Assembly (NCBI GenBank): GCA_963702975.1 | Contig: OY969775.1 | Span: 102,851 to 166,850, forward strand | From: an uncultured Solirubrobacteraceae bacterium | Lineage (GTDB): Bacteria > Actinomycetota > Thermoleophilia > Solirubrobacterales > Solirubrobacteraceae | Reading direction: 5' to 3' | Length of the DNA stretch: 64,000 nt | Shown: positions 45,967 through 55,887 of the stretch, in pieces | Layout: each line of letters opens with the position of its first letter | How positions within the stretch are numbered: the stretch's first letter is position 1 | Made by a program: the position numbers and the translations under genes | Notes under the pieces: model-generated | Seen by the model: the letters and a program-made list of their open reading frames with translations, nothing else | Database searches by the model: none | What the model was told of the DNA's origin: nothing

Positions 45967-46644
45967 TCAGAACGCGGCTGGCGCGCCGTTGGGCGCGAAG
46001 TAGGTGGTGATCGCCTCCTCGAGGCCGGGGTCGAGCACGAGCAGGACCTCGTCGCCGGCTTCGATGACGGTGTCGGCCTTGGGCACGAAGCCGGAGCCGC
46101 CGCGCAGCACGGAGATGATCAGGCAGCCCTCGGGGAGCGCGATGTCGACGACCTTCTCGCCGACGGTGGGCGCGTCGTCGGCGACCTCCAGCTCGATGAT
46201 CTCCAGGCGCTCCTCTTCGAGCGCGAGCAGGTGCACGAGGCCGTAGCGCGGCACCTCGTGCTCGATCAGGCGCAGGATCAGGTCGGTGGCGGAGACCGCG
46301 GGCTGGATGCCGAGCAGGCGGAAGTGGTCGTGGTTGCGCGGGTTGTTGACGCGCGCGATGATCCGCTCGCACAGGTACTTCTCCTTGGCGACCTGGCAGA
46401 CGAGGATGTTGTCCTCGTCGTCGCCGGTGACCGCGATGACGAGGTCCGCGCGCTGGATGCCGGCGCGCTCGAGCACCCACAGCTCGGTGGCGTCGCCGTA
46501 CTGGACGGCGTGCTCGAACTCCTCCTCGCACGCCAGGTAGCACGAGCGCGAGCTCTCGATCAGCGTGACTTCGTGGTCCTTGCTGATCAGCTCGCGTGCG
46601 AGGTTGCGCCCGACCTTGCCGGCGCCGGCGATGATCGCGTACAT
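45967..46644 (-). CDS. trkA: TrkA family potassium-uptake regulatory protein (RCK N+C)
   Basis: IIAGAGKVG, GDAT...L..AGI..AD, TGDDEDN, IARVNNP, RCK-C domain. Confidence 0.9.
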   Translation of the reverse strand: MYAIIAGAGKVGRNLARELISKDHEVTLIESSRSCYLACEEEFEHAVQYGDATELWVLERAGIQRADLVIAVTGDDEDNILVCQVAKEKYLCERIIARVNNPRNHDHFRLLGIQPAVSATDLILRLIEHEVPRYGLVHLLALEEERLEIIELEVADDAPTVGEKVVDIALPEGCLIISVLRGGSGFVPKADTVIEAGDEVLLVLDPGLEEAITTYFAPNGAPAAF

Positions 46645-46679
46645 GGCTAGAGCACCATCGTAGAGGTGGAGTCGACCAT

Positions 46680-47129
46680 CTACGCCGCCTGCGACTCCGC
46701 CTCCCCCTCCGCGGGGGCGATCGCGCGCTCGAACATCTCGATCGCGTGCTTGGTCGGGGAGATCGTGTGCAGGCCCTGCTCGCGGTACCAGTCGGCGCGC
46801 GCGGGGTCCATCACGCGCACGATCGCCTTCTGCACGCCGAAGCGCTTCTGCGCGATCTGCGCGATCACGAGGTTGGTGTTGTCGCCGGCGGTGGACGCGA
46901 TGAACGCGTCCGCGCGCTCGATCCCCGCTTGGATCAGCGCGTCTGTCTCGAGCGCTGTGCCGACGGTGAAGCGGCCGCCGGAGTCCTCCCAGCTCTTGCT
47001 CTGGCCGGCGTCGAGCCGCTCGTGCGAGAGCGGGTCCTCGTCGAGCACCGACACCTCGTGCCCGGCGGTGAGCGCCGACTTGGCGAGCGCCGAGCCGACA
47101 CGGCCGGCGCCGACGATCAGTACGAACAT
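46680..47129 (-). CDS. TrkA family protein, RCK-N domain only
   Basis: LIVGAGRVG, G.ALE.D.L..AGI..AD, T.GDNTN, VRVMDP. Confidence 0.88.
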   Translation of the reverse strand: MFVLIVGAGRVGSALAKSALTAGHEVSVLDEDPLSHERLDAGQSKSWEDSGGRFTVGTALETDALIQAGIERADAFIASTAGDNTNLVIAQIAQKRFGVQKAIVRVMDPARADWYREQGLHTISPTKHAIEMFERAIAPAEGEAESQAA

Positions 47130-47160
47130 GGAGCTGGGTGCGGTTGCATTGGTTCGGAGG

Positions 47161-49176
47161 TTAGACCATTGGGGCGCCGGCGCGGTTGGCACGGCGGGCC
47201 TGCTCGACCGGCGAGTCGCGCGCGGCGGGAGCGGTGACGATCACCCTACATGAGGCCTTGCGCACGACGTACTTGGTGATCTCCCCCACGTAGCCCTCGA
47301 GCGTCCCGCCGCGGCCGCCCAGGCGCGCGCCGCCGCGGATCGACGAGGGCTCCTCGGCGCCGAGCACGATCGCCTCGACGCCGCGCCTGCGCGCCTCGTC
47401 GACGATCGCGTAGCCGGCGCGGCGGGTGCGCAGGGTGGCGGTGGCGACGTGCACGCCGTTGTACTCCTCCCCCACCGCCTTGGCGCGCGCGAGCACCTGG
47501 CGCGCGTGCTTGATCTGCGCCTCCGGCAGGCTGGCGTCGAGCGGCAGCGACATGGGGATCACGAACATCCACACCGCCTCGATCGTGGCGGCGTCGATCG
47601 CCGCCTCGTCGGTCTGCTCGCCGGCGACCAGCAGCGCGGCGGTCTGCACGATGTCGTCGTCGAGGTCGGTGCCGAACAGCGGCACGAGGATCGAGCCGTA
47701 GTCGCGCTCCTGGTGGGGCTCGGCGCGCAGCACCTGCGGCGCGACGGTGACGCGGCGCAGCAGCGAGGTTTCGTCGGCGCGGCGGTAGAACACGTACAGC
47801 GCGATCCCCACCGCCATCCAGCCGAGGCCGACGTAGCGGGCGGGTTCGTGCACGACCATCACCGCCACCAGGCCGCCGCCTGACACGAGCGCGCCGAACG
47901 CCGCCGGCAGCGGCAGCTGGCCGCCTTTGACGGTGATCGACAGCGGCACGCGGTAGGGGCGGTCGCGGTCGGGCTCGGTGTAGCGCAGGCGGCAGATCGA
48001 CAGATGCGCGATCGTGAACGCGAGCATCGCGCCGAACGCGTAGATGCCGACGAGGAAGTCGAGGTCCTCGGGCGCGACCAGCGCGGCGGCGATCAGGCCG
48101 GCGAGGATGATCAGCACATACGGCGTGGAGCGCACCGGGTGCAGCCGCCCGAGGCCGCTGGGGATCTGGCGGTTGGTGGACAGCGAGTAGGCCAGGCGCG
48201 AGAGGCCGAGCATCGCCGAGTTGGCGGCCGCGACGAGCGTCACGGCGGCGGTGGCGGCGACGAGGTAGGTGAGCGTCTGCTCGAGCCAGTGCGGGTGCAC
48301 GCGGCTGACGACGCCGATCATCGGCGCGTTCAGGTAGCGCCCGGCGAGCGCGGTGTGGCCGTCGTGCACGGGCAGCGCGGTGATGGCGACGAGCGCGATG
48401 CCCACGTACAGGAAGGCGACGGTCGCGGTGGTGCTCCCCACTAGGCGCTTGAGCCCGGCGCGGCTGATCCGCACCTCGCCGGCGAGACCGGATGCGGACT
48501 CGAGGCTCGTGAACGAGATCACGGCGACGGTCAGCGCGAAGATCAGCTGCGACCACGTCGGTGTGCTGCCGAGGTGGATGGGCGCGGTGAGCGTGTGCGG
48601 GTCGAAGAACAGCACCAGCCCGAGCACGACGATGAACGCCTGCAGCGCGAGGTCGCCCGCCAGCAGCATGCCCACGCGCCGCGCGCGCCGGGCGCCGAAG
48701 CCGCGGATGTTGCCGAGCACCACGAAGGCGATGAACGCGAGCGCCAGCCCGAGCGCCTCGCCGCGGTTGCCCAGCGGGCTCCAGAACGTCTTCAGGTACT
48801 GGGTCGCCGAGTACGCGGTGACCGCGATCAGGATCACGTAGTCGAGCAGGATCGCCCAGCCGGCGACGAAGCTGACGAGCTCGTTGAACGCGTGGCGCGC
48901 GAACACGGTCGCGCCGCCGCGCTCCTGGTGCAGCGACGCGCCCTCCACGTAGGTCATCGCCGTCAGCGCGTACAGCACTGCCGCGATCAGGAACACCAGC
49001 GGCGTCAGCCCCAGCGCATGGCCGGAGATCACCCCCAGCGAGAAGTAGATCGCGCTCGCCAGCGACGAGTACACGATCGTGAACAGGATCGGCGAGCCGA
49101 TGCTGCGCCGCGCGATCGTGCGCGAGCGCGCCGCCAGCTCCGCGAGCTCCGAGGCGGGGCTCTCCGGCGCGCTCAT
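47161..49176 (-). CDS. APC family permease fused to a universal stress protein (USP) domain
   Basis: About 12 TM (GSAIYFSLG-like, Y.EGAS..ERGG, LDY), then YGSILVP...AIVDEARRRGVEAIVLG...VVRKASCRV. Confidence 0.88.
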   Translation of the reverse strand: MSAPESPASELAELAARSRTIARRSIGSPILFTIVYSSLASAIYFSLGVISGHALGLTPLVFLIAAVLYALTAMTYVEGASLHQERGGATVFARHAFNELVSFVAGWAILLDYVILIAVTAYSATQYLKTFWSPLGNRGEALGLALAFIAFVVLGNIRGFGARRARRVGMLLAGDLALQAFIVVLGLVLFFDPHTLTAPIHLGSTPTWSQLIFALTVAVISFTSLESASGLAGEVRISRAGLKRLVGSTTATVAFLYVGIALVAITALPVHDGHTALAGRYLNAPMIGVVSRVHPHWLEQTLTYLVAATAAVTLVAAANSAMLGLSRLAYSLSTNRQIPSGLGRLHPVRSTPYVLIILAGLIAAALVAPEDLDFLVGIYAFGAMLAFTIAHLSICRLRYTEPDRDRPYRVPLSITVKGGQLPLPAAFGALVSGGGLVAVMVVHEPARYVGLGWMAVGIALYVFYRRADETSLLRRVTVAPQVLRAEPHQERDYGSILVPLFGTDLDDDIVQTAALLVAGEQTDEAAIDAATIEAVWMFVIPMSLPLDASLPEAQIKHARQVLARAKAVGEEYNGVHVATATLRTRRAGYAIVDEARRRGVEAIVLGAEEPSSIRGGARLGGRGGTLEGYVGEITKYVVRKASCRVIVTAPAARDSPVEQARRANRAGAPMV

Positions 49177-49370
49177 CGCCCCCGCGCCCTCCTGACCTCC
49201 ACGTACCAGCGCCCGCTGCCAGCCGCGATGAACAGCGCGCCCAGCAGCAGCCGCACCGAGATCGACCCCGTTTGCACGAACGCCGCCTGCACGATCAGCG
49301 CCACGCCGATCGCCACCATCGCCAGCGAGAGCACGAACGTGCCCATCCGGTGCGCCTGTCGACCGTTCAT
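49173..49370 (-). CDS. Small 2-TM hypothetical protein
   Basis: ATGA overlap with the APC gene; two hydrophobic helices. Confidence 0.65.
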   Translation of the reverse strand: MNGRQAHRMGTFVLSLAMVAIGVALIVQAAFVQTGSISVRLLLGALFIAAGSGRWYVEVRRARGR

Positions 49371-49406
49371 CTCAGCTGAGGTTATTCCCGTGCCCACGAT
49401 GCTGTA

Positions 49407-49478
49407 CCGGGTGGCGCATGCGCCACCCGGCCGGACGGTGCACGCACCGTCCGGTGGGGCCGCACATGTGCGGCCCCG
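49407..49478. repeat. Array of three tandem 24-bp palindromes, same family as 15210-15328
   Basis: CCGGGTGGCGCA|TGCGCCACCCGG, CCGGACGGTGCA|cGCACCGTCCGG, tGGGGCCGCACA|TGTGCGGCCCCg; centre spacing 24, 24. Confidence 0.93.
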
Positions 49479-49485
49479 GGACAAA

Positions 49486-51564
49486 TCACGTGATCAGCGG
49501 AATGATCAGGATCGCGACGATGTTGGCGACCTTGATCATCGGGTTGATGGCCGGCCCGGAGGTGTCCTTGAAGGGGTCGCCGACGGTGTCTCCGGTGACC
49601 GACGCGGCGTGGGCGTCAGAGCCCTTGCCGCCGAAGGCGCCGTCCTCGATGAGCTTCTTGGCGTTGTCCCACGCGCCGCCGCCGGCGGTCATCATCACGG
49701 CGAAGAAGAAGCCGACGACGATCACGCCGATCAGCAGGCCGCCGAGCGCCTGCGTGTCGATCAGGCCGACGATCACCGTCAGGCCGATCGGCAGCAGCGA
49801 GGGCAGGATCATCTCGCGCTGGGCCGTCTTGGTGACGATGTCAACGCATGTCGCGTAGTCGGGGTCTTCGGTCCCCTCCATGATGCCCGGGTGCTCGCGG
49901 AACTGGCGGCGCACCTCCTCGACGACCGCGCCGCCGGCGCGCCCGACGGCCTCCATCGACAGCGACGCGAACAGGCAGACCATCATGCCTCCGAGCAGCA
50001 GGCCGATCAGCACCGGCGGTTCGTTGATGCCGAAGTTGATGAACGCGCCGTGGCTCTTTTCGGCGAGCTCCTGGCGGAAGCCCGCGAACAGCACCACAGC
50101 CGCCATCACCGCCGAGCCGATCGCGTAGCCCTTGGTCACCGCCTTGGTCGTGTTGCCGACCGCGTCGAGCGGGTCGGTGACGTTGCGAACCTCCTCCGGC
50201 AGGTCGGCCATCTCGGCGATTCCGCCCGCGTTGTCGGTGATCGGACCGAACGCGTCGAGCGCGACGATCAGGCCTGTCAGCGACAGCTGGCCCATGACGG
50301 CCACGCCGATGCCGTAGATGCCCGTCGTGCCGCCGCCCGCGAGCTTCCACGCGCCGAGGACACCGAGCACGAGCACGATCGCCGGCGCCGCCGTCGCCTG
50401 CAGGCCCGACCCGAAGCCCTGGATGATGTTCGTTGCGTGACCGGTGATCGACGCTTTCGCGGTCTTCTTCACCGGCGAAAAGCGCGTAGAGGTGTAGTAG
50501 TCGGTAATCACGAACAGGCACGCCGTGACCGCGATCCCGATCAGCGCGCACAGGTAGAACTTGCCCCATGAGGGCGTGTTGACCGTGTTGCCCACCTGGC
50601 TGAAGGACAGGCCGCGCATCATCCAGTAGGTGATCGGCGCGAACGCCGCGCCGGCGATCACGCCGGAGACGATCAGGCCCTGGTAGAGCGCGCGCTCGAC
50701 GTTGCCCGCTTTCGAGCGCACCGCGAAGGTGCCGATGATCGACGCGATGATCGCCGCGCCCCCCAGCACCAGCGGGTAGAGCACCACGCGCGTGGACTCG
50801 TGGAAGGTCAGCACGCCCAGCAGCATCACCGCGACCGCGGTCACCGCGTAGGTCTCGAACAGGTCGGCCGCCATGCCCGCGCAGTCGCCGACGTTGTCGC
50901 CGACGTTGTCCGCGATCGTCGCCGGGTTGCGCGGGTCGTCCTCGGGGATCCCCGCCTCGACCTTGCCGACGAGATCGGCGCCCACGTCGGCCGCCTTCGT
51001 GAAGATGCCGCCGCCGAGCCTCGCGAACACCGAGATCAGCGAGCCGCCGAAGCCGAGGCCGATCAGCGCGTCCACCGCGCTCTTCTGCGTTTCGCCGAAC
51101 GCGCTCGTCAGCAGGCCGTAGTAGCCGGAGACGCCCAGCAGCGCCAGGCCCACCACCAGCAGGCCGGTGATCGCGCCGCCACGGAAGGCGACCTGCAGGG
51201 CCGGCGAGACGCCGCCACGCGCGGCCTCCGCCACGCGGGCGTTCGCGCGCACCGACACGTTCATACCGATGTAGCCCGCCGAGCCTGACAGGACCGCGCC
51301 GATCAGGAAGCCGGCGGCGACGGCGATGTTCTGGATGAAGATCAGCGCCACGAACACGACCACCCCGACCGCGGCGATCGTCGTGTACTGCCGGTTCAGG
51401 TACGCCCGCGCACCTTGCTGAACAGCGAGTGAGATCGACTGCATGCGCTCGTTGCCCGGCGAAAGCGCCAGCAGGGATCGTGCGGTCAACAGGCCGTACG
51501 CGACTGCGCAAGCGGCGCAAACGAGGCCGACGACGACCCCATGGTTCGTCAGAAAGCTGCTCAA
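49486..51564 (-). CDS. hppA: Membrane-bound proton-translocating pyrophosphatase, K+-independent signature
   Basis: [43 protein letters not shown] (Lys), [10 protein letters not shown]; TTG start after GGAGG. Confidence 0.96.
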   Translation of the reverse strand: MSSFLTNHGVVVGLVCAACAVAYGLLTARSLLALSPGNERMQSISLAVQQGARAYLNRQYTTIAAVGVVVFVALIFIQNIAVAAGFLIGAVLSGSAGYIGMNVSVRANARVAEAARGGVSPALQVAFRGGAITGLLVVGLALLGVSGYYGLLTSAFGETQKSAVDALIGLGFGGSLISVFARLGGGIFTKAADVGADLVGKVEAGIPEDDPRNPATIADNVGDNVGDCAGMAADLFETYAVTAVAVMLLGVLTFHESTRVVLYPLVLGGAAIIASIIGTFAVRSKAGNVERALYQGLIVSGVIAGAAFAPITYWMMRGLSFSQVGNTVNTPSWGKFYLCALIGIAVTACLFVITDYYTSTRFSPVKKTAKASITGHATNIIQGFGSGLQATAAPAIVLVLGVLGAWKLAGGGTTGIYGIGVAVMGQLSLTGLIVALDAFGPITDNAGGIAEMADLPEEVRNVTDPLDAVGNTTKAVTKGYAIGSAVMAAVVLFAGFRQELAEKSHGAFINFGINEPPVLIGLLLGGMMVCLFASLSMEAVGRAGGAVVEEVRRQFREHPGIMEGTEDPDYATCVDIVTKTAQREMILPSLLPIGLTVIVGLIDTQALGGLLIGVIVVGFFFAVMMTAGGGAWDNAKKLIEDGAFGGKGSDAHAASVTGDTVGDPFKDTSGPAINPMIKVANIVAILIIPLIT

Positions 51565-51719
51565 CAGAAATCCTCCGCGGTCTGATTTGCGTGCCGCGCG
51601 AGGATGTGTCGCGCGCACGTCTGACGGCCGGACTGCTCAGCACGAGCGCGCATCCGGTGCAAACGCGGGCGAAGTCTATCGTGCCGGCCGGCCGGGTGCC
51701 GGCCAGCGCCCGCTGTCCG

Positions 51720-52223
51720 CTATCGCCCGGGCACCCACAGCCTACCGCTCGACTCTGCCGGGCCGGGGCCTTTCGGGCCCTCCTGCGCCGGCGGCTGCTG
51801 GTCCTCTGCGCCCGGCCCTGCCGCCTCTGCCTCCGCCGCCGCGGCCGCGCGCGCGCCGGGCGCGACCTCGCGCGCGTAGGCCATCTGCAGCTGCGAGAGC
51901 GCGTCGCGCAGCGGCTTGACCTCCTGCGGGACGCTGCGCTCGAGGATCTCCAGCAGCGCCCTGACGGCGTCGATCGCGTCGCGCGCCTGGGCGAGGTCGC
52001 GCTGGGGGTGGCCCGCGCCGGCCGGATCCGCCGCATCGCCGGGCGCCGGCGCCATGCGCCGGGCGCCGAGGTTCAGCAGCGATACGACCGCCTGCGCGAT
52101 CAGGTCGGTCGTGGTCAGCCGGCTCAGTTCCGCTTCATAGGCGGCGCGAAGCTCCTCCTCCGTCGGCGCGCCGGACGCTGCGTCGTGTGCGCTCGCATCG
52201 GGCGCTGTGTCGTGTGCGCTCAA
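51720..52223 (-). CDS. Hypothetical protein (DUF1844-like)
   Basis: TTG after GGAGGAGG; VSLLNLG...RDLAQARDAIDAVRAL...LRDALSQLQMAY. Confidence 0.65.
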   Translation of the reverse strand: MSAHDTAPDASAHDAASGAPTEEELRAAYEAELSRLTTTDLIAQAVVSLLNLGARRMAPAPGDAADPAGAGHPQRDLAQARDAIDAVRALLEILERSVPQEVKPLRDALSQLQMAYAREVAPGARAAAAAEAEAAGPGAEDQQPPAQEGPKGPGPAESSGRLWVPGR

Positions 52224-53374
52224 ACCGTTACCTCCTCCGAATAGCTCGCCCTGGTCTCGTTGACGCTTGCCGCGAACACGTCCTCGCGCGTGGCCCCCGC
52301 GTCGATCATCCGCCTTTGGCGCTGCGCGCCGTTGTGCTCTGGGAACACCGGCTCGATCGCGAGCTCGGCGCGCACGGGCGCCGTCCACGCGAGCAGCCGC
52401 TCGATCGCCTCGCGCGCCGGGTACTCCCGCGCGCGGTCGAGGTCGATCAGCCTGCCGTCCAGGCCGAAGCGGATCGCGCGCCACATGTTCTCCTCGATCA
52501 GCCGCGGCGCCGGGTGCTCGAACGGCGCGCGCTCGTCGACGTCGCGCACGGCCTGCGCGATGCATGCGACCAGCAGGCCCGCGAGCGCCTCGGACTCCTG
52601 GGCGCTGGCCTGCGCGTCGCAGATGCGCACCTCGACGGTGCCGAACGCGAAGTGTGGGCGCACCGACCACCACACCTGCGTGAACTCGACGATCGAGCCG
52701 GTGCGCACGAGGAACTCGATGTACTCGCGGTAGGCCGCCCAGCCGCCGAACGCGTCGGGAACGCCGCAGCGCGGAAAGCTCTTGGTGAAGCTCTGCGTGC
52801 GCGCCGAGTGCAGCCCGCTGTCGCGGCCGTCGAGGAACGGCGAGTTGGCGGAGATCGCAAGCAGCAGCGGCAGCACCGGGCGCAGGCGGTCGCACGCGCG
52901 CACCGCGCGGTCGATGTCGCGCACGCCCACGTGCACGTGCAGGCTGAACGTGTTGTTGCGCCAGGCCACGTATTTCAAGCCGTCCTCCACACGCCGGTAG
53001 TGCTCGGTGTCGATGATCGGCTGCTCGCGATAGTCGGCCCACGGGTGCGTGCCGGTCGCGCCGAGTGCGACACCCTCGCGGGCGGCGAGCGCGAACATGC
53101 GCCGGCGGCGCTCGCGCTGGCTGCGCAGCGCGTCGTGCAGGTCGGCGCCGGCGCCGGAGATGATCTCGATCTCGGAGGAGATCAGCTCGCCTGCGACGCC
53201 GTCGCGCAGCAGCGGGTCCTCGCCGGCGGCGTCGCGCAGATGCTCGAAGCGCGGCACCAGTTCGAGCGTGCGCGGGTCGATGATCGAGAACTCCTCCTCG
53301 ACGCCGACCGTCAGGTCGGTCGCGGCCGCGAACGTCTCGGCAGCAAGGTCTAGATCGAGGCTGTTTCGCTTCAC
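52220..53374 (-). CDS. Glutamate--cysteine ligase family 2 (YbdK/GCS2)
   Basis: TVGVEEE, EIE, GTHP, SLHVHVG, LAISANSPF, WWSVRP...GTVEVRICD. Confidence 0.92.
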   Translation of the reverse strand: MKRNSLDLDLAAETFAAATDLTVGVEEEFSIIDPRTLELVPRFEHLRDAAGEDPLLRDGVAGELISSEIEIISGAGADLHDALRSQRERRRRMFALAAREGVALGATGTHPWADYREQPIIDTEHYRRVEDGLKYVAWRNNTFSLHVHVGVRDIDRAVRACDRLRPVLPLLLAISANSPFLDGRDSGLHSARTQSFTKSFPRCGVPDAFGGWAAYREYIEFLVRTGSIVEFTQVWWSVRPHFAFGTVEVRICDAQASAQESEALAGLLVACIAQAVRDVDERAPFEHPAPRLIEENMWRAIRFGLDGRLIDLDRAREYPAREAIERLLAWTAPVRAELAIEPVFPEHNGAQRQRRMIDAGATREDVFAASVNETRASYSEEVTV

Positions 53375-53384
53375 GGGCGGCGGA

Positions 53385-54074
53385 TCAGGTCAGATAGAAG
53401 TACAGCGCGTAGAGCAGATCGACCGCCGGGCTGGACGTGTGCACGGTCACCTCCGGCGGCACGTCCAGCAGCGACTCGGAGTAGTTGAAGATGATCTTCA
53501 CGCCCGCCTCCACGAGCTCGTCGGCGAGCCCCTGGGCAGCCTGCGTGGGCACCGCCAGCACGCCGACCACGATGTCCTCCTCGTCGACCACCTGGCGCAG
53601 CTCGGCGATGTCGCGCACCAGCTGGCTGCCGACCTTCGTGCCGACCTTCGCCTGGTCGCTGTCGAAGATCGCGACCACGCGGAAGCCGTGATCGGCGAAG
53701 ATTTCCGAGGACGCGATCGCCTGGCCGAGGTGGCCCGCGCCGATCAGCCCGATGTTGTGCTGCCCGGCCGTGCGCAGGATCTTGCGGATCTGCGACACGA
53801 GTGCCTCGACGTTGTAGCCGACGCCGCGCTTGCCGAACTTCCCGAAGCCCGACAGGTCGCGGCGGATCTGGGTGGAGTTGACGTGCGTGTAGTCCGACAG
53901 CTCCTGAGAGGAGATCGTCTCCTTGCCCATCTTCTTCGCCTGCGTGAGCACCTGCAGGTAGCGCGACAAGCGCGCCGCGACGCCCAGCGACAGGCGCTCG
54001 CCGGCGGCGCTCGCTCCGTCGCGTCCGGCAGCGAGCCCCGGTGGCTGGGAGGCCATCCGTTCTCCGTAGCTCAT
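53385..54074 (-). CDS. rex: Redox-sensing transcriptional repressor Rex
   Basis: RLSRY, ISSQEL, QIRRDLS.FG.FGKRGVGY, GAGHLG.A; start 54074 or 54056. Confidence 0.95.
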   Translation of the reverse strand: MSYGERMASQPPGLAAGRDGASAAGERLSLGVAARLSRYLQVLTQAKKMGKETISSQELSDYTHVNSTQIRRDLSGFGKFGKRGVGYNVEALVSQIRKILRTAGQHNIGLIGAGHLGQAIASSEIFADHGFRVVAIFDSDQAKVGTKVGSQLVRDIAELRQVVDEEDIVVGVLAVPTQAAQGLADELVEAGVKIIFNYSESLLDVPPEVTVHTSSPAVDLLYALYFYLT

Positions 54075-54093
54075 CCGCCAGACCTTCCGTAGC

Positions 54094-54336
54094 TCATCGC
54101 CGGGACTCTAGACGCTCGCGCACGCGCGCCTCACAGACGTGGTACTCGCACAGCTCCTCGCCATCGAGCGCCACCACCGGGATGCGCTCGAAATACGCGC
54201 GGTGAAGCGCTTCGTCGGCGGTGATGTCGAGCTCCCGCAGGGCGAAGCCGAGCTCGTCCTGAAGACCGCGCAGAACGGCCATCGCGTCCTCGCACAGGTG
54301 ACAGTCGGGCTTGGAGTAGACCGTGATCGTGGCCAC
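54094..54336 (-). CDS. Glutaredoxin-like protein (DUF836)
   Basis: ITVYSKPDCHLC, DI..D..L...Y.ERIPVV..DG. Confidence 0.88.
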   Translation of the reverse strand: MATITVYSKPDCHLCEDAMAVLRGLQDELGFALRELDITADEALHRAYFERIPVVALDGEELCEYHVCEARVRERLESRR

Positions 54337-54359
54337 CCCCGTCGGACCGGGCCGCTGCG

Positions 54360-54773
54360 TCAAGATCGTCGCGCGGCGCGCAGCAGGACGCCGGGGTGGC
54401 GCGCCATCTTCGGCGCGATCCGCAGCGCGAAGTAGCTCACCGCAAGCCACGGCCGCAGGTAGGGCCTGACGCGGCGGATGCGCCCGTCGTCGTCGAGCTC
54501 GCACACCATCGCGTCCGCGAGCCGGAACGGTCCGATCCTGCCGTCGCCCAGCACCACGCGCAGCGCCCCGTCTCCGACCTCATCGCGCCAGCGCAGGCCG
54601 CGCAGGGCTCCGTACACCGCCGAGGCGAGGATCCGCAGGTCGCGCTCGCCGCGGAACACCAGCTTTGCGGACAGCGGCGACACGAGCTCCGCGTCCGGGG
54701 CGAGCGTCGCGATCAGCGCGTCGATGTCGTTCGCTTCAGAGGCGCTGCGGTAGCGGGCCACTGCGTCGTCCAC
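54360..54773 (-). CDS. SnoaL/NTF2-like protein
   Basis: YR.A.EANDIDAL..TLAPDAELVSP, ELDDDGRI..V..YLRP. Confidence 0.8.
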   Translation of the reverse strand: MDDAVARYRSASEANDIDALIATLAPDAELVSPLSAKLVFRGERDLRILASAVYGALRGLRWRDEVGDGALRVVLGDGRIGPFRLADAMVCELDDDGRIRRVRPYLRPWLAVSYFALRIAPKMARHPGVLLRAARRS

Positions 54774-54801
54774 ACCACGATTTTTCCACATCCTCGGACG
54801 C

Positions 54802-55887
54802 TCAGCGCGCGCGCTCGCCGGTGGCGTATGCGTCGAGGCCCAGGTAGTGCGGGTAGTCCAGGCGCCGGCCGAAGCGGGCGGCGCTCGCGATCATCGCGGC
54901 GTTGTCGGTGCACAGCGAGCGCGCGGGCACGTGCAGCGTGGCCCCCAGCTGGGCGAGGCGCCGGCGCAGGGCGCCGTTGGCGGCCACGCCGCCGCCGACG
55001 GCCAGCCGCTGCAGCCCGACCCGCTCGAGCGCCTGGGCGCAGCGCGCGGCCAGCGCCTCGACGATCGCCGCCTGGAAGGACGCGGCCAGGTCGGCCGCCC
55101 GTTCGCCGGCCGCCTCCTCGCCGAGCTCGCGCAGCGTGTACAGCAGCGCCGTCTTGACGCCCGCGAAGGAGAAGTCCAGGCCATCCTGGAAGCTCTTGTG
55201 GCGCACGCCCCGACCTCCGCGCCGGCGCTCGGCCGCCGAGCCCGGGAACGAGAACGCCTGCGGGTCGCCGCCGGCGGCCAGGCGCTCGAGCGCGGGCCCG
55301 CCGGGAAAGCCCAGGCCGAGCATCCGCGCGCCCTTGTCGAACGCCTCGCCGGCGGCGTCGTCGAGCGTGCAGCCGAGCACCTCGTAGCCGTCGTGCTCGG
55401 TCACGCGCGCCAGCAGCGTGTGCCCGCCGCTTGCGATCAGGCACACGAACGGCGGCTCGAACGGGCCGTCGTCGACCGCGGACGCGTCCTGCGCGGACCC
55501 GGCGTTTGCGCCGGTACCGGCGCCGGCGAGGAAGTTCGCGGCGACGTGCCCCTGCAGGTGGTCGACGGGCGCGAACGGGAGCTCCCTGGCGGCGGCGAGC
55601 GCCTTGGCGGTGGACAGGCCGACGAGCAATGCCCCCACCAGCCCCGGCCCCTGTGTGGCGGCGATCAGCTCGACCTCGTCGAGCGTCACGTCCGCGCGCT
55701 CGAGCGCCTGCTCGACGATCGCGTTGACCAGCTCGAGGTGGTGGCGCGAGGCGATCTCCGGGACGACGCCGCCGAAGCGCGCGTGCTGCTCCTGGGAGGA
55801 GACGACGTTCGAGCGCAGGCGCCCGCCCGCGTCGAGCACCGCCGCGCACGTGTCGTCGCAGCTGGTCTCCAGCGCGAGGATCGTCAA
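54802..55887 (-). CDS. tsaD: tRNA N6-threonylcarbamoyladenosine biosynthesis protein TsaD
   Basis: LALETSCDDT, GGVVPEIASR.H, GPGL.GAL, HLQGH, DDAAGEAFDK, GGVAAN, CTDNAAMI. Confidence 0.96.
   Translation of the reverse strand: MTILALETSCDDTCAAVLDAGGRLRSNVVSSQEQHARFGGVVPEIASRHHLELVNAIVEQALERADVTLDEVELIAATQGPGLVGALLVGLSTAKALAAARELPFAPVDHLQGHVAANFLAGAGTGANAGSAQDASAVDDGPFEPPFVCLIASGGHTLLARVTEHDGYEVLGCTLDDAAGEAFDKGARMLGLGFPGGPALERLAAGGDPQAFSFPGSAAERRRGGRGVRHKSFQDGLDFSFAGVKTALLYTLRELGEEAAGERAADLAASFQAAIVEALAARCAQALERVGLQRLAVGGGVAANGALRRRLAQLGATLHVPARSLCTDNAAMIASAARFGRRLDYPHYLGLDAYATGERAR

Noticed and set aside
51565-51680. Riboswitch in the ~100-nt hppA leader
   Set aside because: Some GC pairing is possible, but I could not match it to any Na+/Li+ or other riboswitch consensus.
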